Part shown: one piece after another, positions 55,132 through 61,720 of the stretch | Numbering within the stretch: the first letter of the stretch is position 1 | How the letters are laid out: each line of letters opens with the position of its first letter | Virus record (IMG/VR): IMGVR_UViG_3300010344_001170 | Span: 1 to 64,000 of that record | Length of the DNA stretch: 64,000 nt | Strand: one strand, 5' to 3' | DNA from: a virus | Taxonomy: Duplodnaviria; Caudoviricetes | Position numbers and translations under genes: made by a program | The notes under the pieces: model-generated | Told to the model about the DNA's origin: nothing | The model's input: the letters and a program-made list of their open reading frames with translations, nothing else | The model's database searches: none

Positions 55132-55448
55132 GGACCGGCAAAGATGAGGGGAAACATCCGGTCCCTGAAGATACAACCCCAGAAAAAGTTCTTGAAGAAA
55201 TACGAAAACCTAGTAAAGGTGAAGAATTAATTAAGAGGCTTCAGGAAAGTAAGACTTCTTCAGATGTAAGTATCAATGAACCAACAGAAGAAATCGCCCT
55301 AGCATCCTCCCAAGAGCCTGGGAGTGATAAGAAAACTGACTTTGCAAGTGTTGTTTTAGATGGAGTAGAAGTAGTTGATGTAAAAGCTATTCCAAAGGAT
55401 GGCATACCTGAAAGAGGACCAAGAAAAACATGGGATAAACCTATTTAA
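55119..55448 (+). other. -1 programmed frameshift signal and 107-codon extension
   Basis: A_AAA_AAA at 55119-55125; stem AGGGACCGG/CCGGTCCCT 55130-55166; -1 frame open to TAA 55446-55448. Confidence 0.75.
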
Positions 55449-55449
55449 T

Positions 55450-55671
55450 ATGATAACTAAAATTCAAAAATTCGGAAAAGAACTTGCTGTGCAAGAACAA
55501 CTAGTTGGTAAACATCGTGATCATTGTTTATGCTGGCAAAAATGTAAATATTTCAAACCAAACGAAGAAGATAATTGTCCTATAGCACAGGATTTATTTG
55601 AGTTTGATAAGAAATTTGGAGTAACTACCCCAGTATGGGAATGTGAAACCTACGAACCACTGCCAGAATAA
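55450..55671 (+). CDS. small Cys-containing protein
   Basis: CLCWQKC..NCPIA..WEC; ATG 2 nt after the -1 frame stop. Confidence 0.75.
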   Translation: MITKIQKFGKELAVQEQLVGKHRDHCLCWQKCKYFKPNEEDNCPIAQDLFEFDKKFGVTTPVWECETYEPLPE

Positions 55672-56045
55672 ATCAGTTCAATTGCTTCTACAGGGATAGG
55701 CTCGAAAGTTATAATGAATGGATTATTCTTTTCCCAAGAAAAATTAGGATCATAAAACCATTGATTGGATATTTTTGATGTATCAATTCTGTAGATGTCA
55801 TCATCATATGTACTTTGAAACCAGTCATCTTTATTATCTGAATTACATGCAAAAATAACTTTACCTTCGATTGGAGTATTTGAAAGCCAAGTTTCACTTT
55901 TTCCTTTCGGTATTAATCCTTCTTTTTGAATTTGATCTCGGAAAAATGGATTCGATACATGGTAAACATAACGATTTGGTTCTATAGGAACTAGATCGTT
56001 TTTGTTTTCAATTAGCCATTGATCTATGCCGATAAAATTATCCAT
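55650..56045 (-). CDS. ADP-ribosyltransferase/Tpt1-KptA-fold protein
   Basis: YVYHVS..I.KEGL.P, IFAC, IYRID, ITFEPIPVEAIE; ATG at 56045 preferred. Confidence 0.6.
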   Translation of the reverse strand: MDNFIGIDQWLIENKNDLVPIEPNRYVYHVSNPFFRDQIQKEGLIPKGKSETWLSNTPIEGKVIFACNSDNKDDWFQSTYDDDIYRIDTSKISNQWFYDPNFSWEKNNPFIITFEPIPVEAIELIYSGSGS

Positions 56046-56063
56046 ATAATTATATATAAATGG

Positions 56064-56088
56064 AGAAAGGGGCTTATCGCCCCTTTCT
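56064..56088. terminator. intrinsic terminator
   Basis: AGAAAGGGGC-TTATC-GCCCCTTTCT. Confidence 0.75.
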
Positions 56089-56418
56089 TTAATCCTGGAG
56101 TAGATTAACACTCAGCCCTCTACCCTTAGGAAATAATTCGCCCTGCCTAACCATTTCGCTCACTTTCCAGTACATTTTCTGGTATCTTCCTTTTCCCTTT
56201 TTGGAATAGGGTAAAAGTTTTCTCACCAGGTCTTCACGGCGAATACCGTCGTTTCTTCGAACCTCATTAATAATAGCAATCTTCCACTGATTTGATTCAG
56301 CTTTAGTCATCTTCTTACTCTTACGAGGTTTGCTTGTAGAGTTCTGCGAACGTACTTCATTCTGAAGTTGTTTCGCCATTTCAATTAGAGCACTAAGCTC
56401 CATGTCAAAATTTTTCAT
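56089..56418 (-). CDS. small basic, possibly winged-helix protein
   Basis: Basic; GIRREDLV..MVRQGEL pattern. Confidence 0.7.
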   Translation of the reverse strand: MKNFDMELSALIEMAKQLQNEVRSQNSTSKPRKSKKMTKAESNQWKIAIINEVRRNDGIRREDLVRKLLPYSKKGKGRYQKMYWKVSEMVRQGELFPKGRGLSVNLLQD

Positions 56419-56562
56419 ACGCGATACTTTTTAAATTACACAATTAGAAACTAAGCGGTTGTCTGGCCGCCTATATCGTTTGTGTTCCTTAATGGATTCG
56501 TTTTGATTATTGGTTTATACCGCGATGAATCCTACAAACAATTCAAAGAACGATTTCGAAAG

Positions 56563-56570
56563 CAAATATA
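56563..56570 (-). promoter_or_regulatory. host-type promoter with ~140-nt leader
   Basis: TATATTTG on the minus strand. Confidence 0.55.
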
Positions 56571-56637
56571 AATAATATCCGTGAGATAAAAAAATGTTTT
56601 TGAAAATATTTTTCGTTTAAGCCCTCTTTTTTTACGC

Positions 56638-56656
56638 GAATAAATAAATAAAATAA
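56638..56656 (+). promoter_or_regulatory. putative late promoter
   Basis: GAATAAATAAATAAAATAA. Confidence 0.55.
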
Positions 56657-56666
56657 TACTCTCATA

Positions 56667-58331
56667 ATGGCTATAGATTTATTTAATAATCCATCAAACG
56701 ATTATATTTATCCAGGACTTTCCCCTTGCCCAGGTGTAGGAGACGACCAATATCTAGTATGGACTGAGAATGGATTAGCAATCATAAAAGGGAGTGATGT
56801 AATCAGTGAAATTGGATTCAGTGATTTACAAGTTCCTGTTAATTCTTTTAGCAAGCAACAATTGATACTTGGATCCGGCGAAGTTGTTTTTATTCCTGGA
56901 TTAACAAAAGGATTATGTAATAAGGCATTAGGATTCTTTTTACCATCATTAGATAGTTCTGATTTAGATTTAAATTCATATTTTTTAGGTATTGATTTTT
57001 CCATAAATTATTATAAGAATTTTAGTTATACATCAACACATATAGATGTATCAGCTAATTATGAACAAAATTTAGGAATTGCTGATGCGTTAAATATCAA
57101 ATTCGATGAATTAGGAATTAAAGTATCATCATCTTATGATCCAAGCATTCTTTGCTTTGCAGGAACTACAGCTGGTTATGAATATTTTATTACGAATGCA
57201 ACTTTAAGAGTTTATGATACTTCAGAAGCATATGGTTCTCCATTCCCAATTGGAGGTAATGCTCAAACATATGATTTAATTGAAGACCCATCTGCTTATA
57301 TTCCTGCATTTAAATATCCTAATACAGCAATGCAAGGAATTGCTCTTAAGGGAATTTATCCAAACGAACAAGCAGAATGTGATAAATGGTTCTATTTACA
57401 CCATGTTACGGATTATGTAATCGTATTTGATCCATATAATGTAAATTATGATACAGAAGTTTCTACTAATTTAGCATTATCATATCCTGTAAAATATCCA
57501 GGAATTCCTACTATTGCTGATTATCTTACAACAGTTGATCTTTATGGAATAACTATTGATGGATCAGATATGGCTGATGTTAGTATAGCAAATTCAATAA
57601 TAACAAATTCAAATATTGAAACATCGAATATTCGTGATTGTTCAATTGACTTATGTAATCTAACAGAAGTTTATGTAGCTAACACAGAAATTGAACAAAG
57701 CAGTATCGATTTAGGAGAATTAACTAATAGTATCGTAAATAATGGTTCATCTGTTCAGAACAGTATATTAATTAATTCTTGGATTAATGTTTACAAACTA
57801 GTCGTAAATCCATCATCAGGAGAAATAATTTGGGTTACTGACGATGCGTCATTTGTAAATGTCGTTGTTAATGGAGGAGAAATTTGGGATTCATCTATTA
57901 ATAATGCAACTCTTTATGATGTTTCATTGTATAATTGCTGGATTGAAGATTCTTCTGTATCAGGATGTACATTTCACAATTGTGCATTCGATTCAAGAAC
58001 TATTGTAGAAGATACAGTAGACATTATGATGGATCCATCCATAGCTTGTGAATTTGATATTGTTCAAGATACTTCAATATTCTATCTAAGACGTAGAAGA
58101 AAAATTGAAATTGGAATGAGCGGATGTAGTGTTGAAGACTTAATGAGTGCTGGAGATTATTTGAATTTAGTAACAAATAGAGGATGGTGGAAAAAAGTTG
58201 GAGATATTTACATTTGGATTTCATCTCCAGATTGTGAAGGTGATTGTTTAAACAAAAACTTAATAGAAGGATTTTATGTTTATAATCCGCATGAATTTAC
58301 AATGCAAATCGAATATATGATTATAGTATGA
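56667..58331 (+). CDS. putative virion protein with S/N/I/D beta-solenoid repeats
   Basis: Late motif upstream; NSIITNSNIETSNIRDCSI-type 5-residue periodicity. Confidence 0.7.
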   Translation: MAIDLFNNPSNDYIYPGLSPCPGVGDDQYLVWTENGLAIIKGSDVISEIGFSDLQVPVNSFSKQQLILGSGEVVFIPGLTKGLCNKALGFFLPSLDSSDLDLNSYFLGIDFSINYYKNFSYTSTHIDVSANYEQNLGIADALNIKFDELGIKVSSSYDPSILCFAGTTAGYEYFITNATLRVYDTSEAYGSPFPIGGNAQTYDLIEDPSAYIPAFKYPNTAMQGIALKGIYPNEQAECDKWFYLHHVTDYVIVFDPYNVNYDTEVSTNLALSYPVKYPGIPTIADYLTTVDLYGITIDGSDMADVSIANSIITNSNIETSNIRDCSIDLCNLTEVYVANTEIEQSSIDLGELTNSIVNNGSSVQNSILINSWINVYKLVVNPSSGEIIWVTDDASFVNVVVNGGEIWDSSINNATLYDVSLYNCWIEDSSVSGCTFHNCAFDSRTIVEDTVDIMMDPSIACEFDIVQDTSIFYLRRRRKIEIGMSGCSVEDLMSAGDYLNLVTNRGWWKKVGDIYIWISSPDCEGDCLNKNLIEGFYVYNPHEFTMQIEYMIIV

Positions 58332-59464
58332 GAGCACAATTAGTTAAAGAAAATATTCAAACTATTTTAGTTCCTAAAACTCCTGAAGAACTAGGAGAAG
58401 CAAAGGAAAAAGTGCAATTAGTTATGTATCGTATTGAGAAATCATTCAACGAACGATACCCAGAAAATCCTATAACTGATTTTAATTATTTCTTTGACGG
58501 AGGAGGAATTAATTTAACTATTGAGTTTAGAGATCCAATTAAAGATATGAATTTAATAGAAGACATTTTATATCCCTATCCACAAATAAGTAACGAAGTA
58601 GAAGTATCTGATGAATTTCCATATCAACCACAATCAGAAGAAGAGTTTCCACCTGAAATAGAATATGTTGAAACAAATATCGTAAATGTTGTGTTTCCTT
58701 TAAGTATTGTTAATGAAAACTGGGGAGGTGGAGGAGTTGGATATGCAGTTTGGGGTGGTGGTACAGGAAGAAATTTTGGCAACCCTTCAATGAGAGGAGG
58801 ATTTGCTGGAAGAGGATTTGGCTTTGGCGGATCTATGAATTTATCCGGTGGTCCTAACCTAATGTATACTTATGCTGTAAAACCATTAAATACAGTTCTG
58901 CAACAACCTGCAACACCACAGGATGATGAACAATATATTCATGTTGGTAGTAAAATAAAAGGAAAAATATTAAATACAAACAAAGATATTGAAGGACAAA
59001 TTCTTAGAATAGAAGAAGATGAAGATAACAATATAAAATGGTATGTTGTTCTTGATAAAGAAGGAAGAAAAAGAAAAGTAGATCCAACAAGTGCTTATCT
59101 AGATGAACCAGAACAAATTATAGATCCAAATGTAATGGATATAGCTAATGAGAGTTTTTATCCTACGTTATATGAGAGAATGACACATGATGAAGCGGCG
59201 ACGGACGTTGAAGAAAAAGTTAAAAGAAGCAAAAAACTTCCTGCAGAAATTAAAGAAAAGATTTATCCTTTAATTGTAAAAGGAGAAACTGAATACAGAG
59301 ATGGTAAAGTGTTTAGACTTCGTTATCCAAAATCTAAAGGATGCGATTTAGGTGCCGATAAAAATGGATTCTTTGTATTCACACATCGTGCTAGATCAAA
59401 ATCAAAAGAAGATATAGATAAAATTCCTGAAAAGGACATTAAATTTATAAAAAGCACAGGATGA
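58328..59464 (+). CDS. composite VxE/LxPK leader protein with Gly-rich linker and SH3-like module
   Basis: MRAQLVKENIQTILVPKTPEEL; VNENWGGGG; ANES. Confidence 0.8.
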   Translation: MRAQLVKENIQTILVPKTPEELGEAKEKVQLVMYRIEKSFNERYPENPITDFNYFFDGGGINLTIEFRDPIKDMNLIEDILYPYPQISNEVEVSDEFPYQPQSEEEFPPEIEYVETNIVNVVFPLSIVNENWGGGGVGYAVWGGGTGRNFGNPSMRGGFAGRGFGFGGSMNLSGGPNLMYTYAVKPLNTVLQQPATPQDDEQYIHVGSKIKGKILNTNKDIEGQILRIEEDEDNNIKWYVVLDKEGRKRKVDPTSAYLDEPEQIIDPNVMDIANESFYPTLYERMTHDEAATDVEEKVKRSKKLPAEIKEKIYPLIVKGETEYRDGKVFRLRYPKSKGCDLGADKNGFFVFTHRARSKSKEDIDKIPEKDIKFIKSTG

Positions 59465-59763
59465 AATTAGTAAAAGAAAGTTTGAATGAACAAATGGTAT
59501 ATAATTTTCATGAAATTCCATCAGACGAAGAACGCGTAAACAAAAGATTACGTGATCTTTTAGTAGATATTATAATGAATGAGCGAGGTGTTTCTGAAAA
59601 ATCTTTTTCAGAAGTGGACCAGATAATACAAGAGGTGAAAACTTTTTGTGATAGTAAGCTGATAATATATACAAAAGCAAGATTGTATGATCAGGCAAAG
59701 AAACGATTACAATTTTTGGCCGAAAAAATTTATGAAAGATATTTTAACTTAAAATCAAAATAA
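59461..59763 (+). CDS. VxES leader protein
   Basis: MKLVKESLNE. Confidence 0.78.
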   Translation: MKLVKESLNEQMVYNFHEIPSDEERVNKRLRDLLVDIIMNERGVSEKSFSEVDQIIQEVKTFCDSKLIIYTKARLYDQAKKRLQFLAEKIYERYFNLKSK

Positions 59764-59821
59764 TCAATTAATGCAAAATTAGTGTGGAAAACCAGCACGT
59801 AAATTACATTATGAATATAAA

Positions 59822-61720
59822 GTGGTTTTTAATTTAAAAAGAGGCCTGAGTCTCTTTTTCTTTTTATGTTGGACGATCTTATTGAAAGCGGAAATCTATT
59901 ACGTTTCTCCAACAGGAAACGACAAAAATCCAGGAACATACAGCAATCCATGGAAGACCATAGCTTATGCCTCATCCCAAGCAACTTCAGGAGATGTAAT
60001 TAATTTAAAACCAGGTACTTTTCTAGAACTTTTTCCAAGCTTAATAAAGCCTAATGTCAACCTTGAGGGGGTAGGCCCTGGATCTATTATTAAATCTAAT
60101 GTAGAAAATGGCCCCACAATCATTCTTATGTCCCAGGAGGGAGCATATGGTAATCAGTATATTGCCAATTTGACTATTGACGGAGATAATCTAAAGGGAT
60201 ATGGGGGAATTCTTGTAAGTGGAAGAAGTAATGTGAGCATTCATCATTGCAATTTTAAAAATTTAAGAAATTATGCTGCAGTATTTAATGCAAGTACTGA
60301 TACTGCAAACTACGAACCTAGATTTTTCTTTGGAATTGATACAGCTACTCACTTAGAGCCAACAGTTTATGCAAATGGAAATAAATTCTTTCAAAACACC
60401 ATTGAAAACTGCGCTATTTTTTATCCAGCAAAAAGAGCATTAGGTGCTTTAATGATTGGGGGTCAAAATGAAATAAACATTTTTGATAATAATATTAGTC
60501 AGGATCAAAGAGAAGTTGGAAATAATGGTTATCCAATAAAACATTATAGAGGTGGATATAATAAGAATCCAAAAATATTCAGAAATACTTTAATAAAAAC
60601 CCCAACAATTTTATCAAGAGATGAATTCTTTTTAGGTTGTGCTATTGAACTTTGGCATACGATCGGTGGTGAAATTTATGAAAACAAATTAAGAGGCGGA
60701 ATGTTTTTTGTTTTTCTTAAGGACATAAAAATTCATCATAATACAATTGGATATGACTCATTAACAGTTGTTCCTAAAACTGGAATTTACGTTTCTGGAG
60801 ATGTGAATAATGTTACTATAAACAACAATTATTTCGAAAATTTAGCATTACAAATAGCATTTAGTCCTTTTGCAGCTACCAAATTAGATAGTGTTTTCAT
60901 ACACACTAATGTCATGTTTAATATTGGTGTTTCCACAGATGAATGGTGGGGATGCGGTATTAGTTTTGCAGGATTAACTTCAGATACAGTTTCTAATCTT
61001 CATGTTGTTGGCAACACAATGATTGCAAATCCCGGAAGTAGAAATACAAGAATCGGGCTTTATTTACCAACTACAGGTTACGCAACGAATATCAATATTC
61101 GAAATAATATAATGTCAGGATTTAGATATGCAACTATTTTTGCTGCAGGTCCTGATCGTACTTTAGATTTGCTTTCTATACAAAACAATATTTTGTGGGA
61201 CAACACATCAGATACAACTAAAACTTACTGTACAAGTGATTCAGCATATTTTACAAATATAAAACCCCCTCTTAGATATGTTGACGAAAATAATTTTTAT
61301 CAAGATCCTATGTTTATTGATGATCAATTTCATTTGTCATCAAGTTCTCCTGCTCTTAATAATGGAATTTATATTCCATGGATAGATAAGGATTTTGAAG
61401 ATAATTTAATTATGAATCCTCCTGATATTGGGGCTCTTGCCTTCAATATTCTGATCATTGATGAGCCAGTTATTGCCGATGAAAATGGCTTATTAATTTA
61501 TCCAGTTCCCGTAACAAATTATTTTACATTAGTTATCAAAGATCCCATGTTTCAACAGGCGAATATGGAGATATACGATTTTGCAGGAAAATTAATTTAT
61601 CGTGAAAAAATAATTGAAAATATTACTCATTTTTCACAAATAAATTGGAAGGCCGGCTTATATATATTAAAAGTACAAACGAGTAGGGAACTATTGGTAT
61701 CTAAAATTATAGTTCTCTGA
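59822..61720 (+). CDS. secreted right-handed beta-helix protein with T9SS type A C-terminal sorting domain
   Basis: Signal peptide; YYVSPTGND.N.GT...PWKTI..A (DUF1565-like); parallel beta-helix; CTD IYPVP..IYDFAGK..GLYILKV..KII. Confidence 0.85.
   Translation: MVFNLKRGLSLFFFLCWTILLKAEIYYVSPTGNDKNPGTYSNPWKTIAYASSQATSGDVINLKPGTFLELFPSLIKPNVNLEGVGPGSIIKSNVENGPTIILMSQEGAYGNQYIANLTIDGDNLKGYGGILVSGRSNVSIHHCNFKNLRNYAAVFNASTDTANYEPRFFFGIDTATHLEPTVYANGNKFFQNTIENCAIFYPAKRALGALMIGGQNEINIFDNNISQDQREVGNNGYPIKHYRGGYNKNPKIFRNTLIKTPTILSRDEFFLGCAIELWHTIGGEIYENKLRGGMFFVFLKDIKIHHNTIGYDSLTVVPKTGIYVSGDVNNVTINNNYFENLALQIAFSPFAATKLDSVFIHTNVMFNIGVSTDEWWGCGISFAGLTSDTVSNLHVVGNTMIANPGSRNTRIGLYLPTTGYATNINIRNNIMSGFRYATIFAAGPDRTLDLLSIQNNILWDNTSDTTKTYCTSDSAYFTNIKPPLRYVDENNFYQDPMFIDDQFHLSSSSPALNNGIYIPWIDKDFEDNLIMNPPDIGALAFNILIIDEPVIADENGLLIYPVPVTNYFTLVIKDPMFQQANMEIYDFAGKLIYREKIIENITHFSQINWKAGLYILKVQTSRELLVSKIIVL

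Noticed and set aside
55399-55449. Track start of the 55399..55671 ORF
   Set aside because: It overlaps the -1 frameshift extension; the ATG at 55450 directly after that stop is more plausible.
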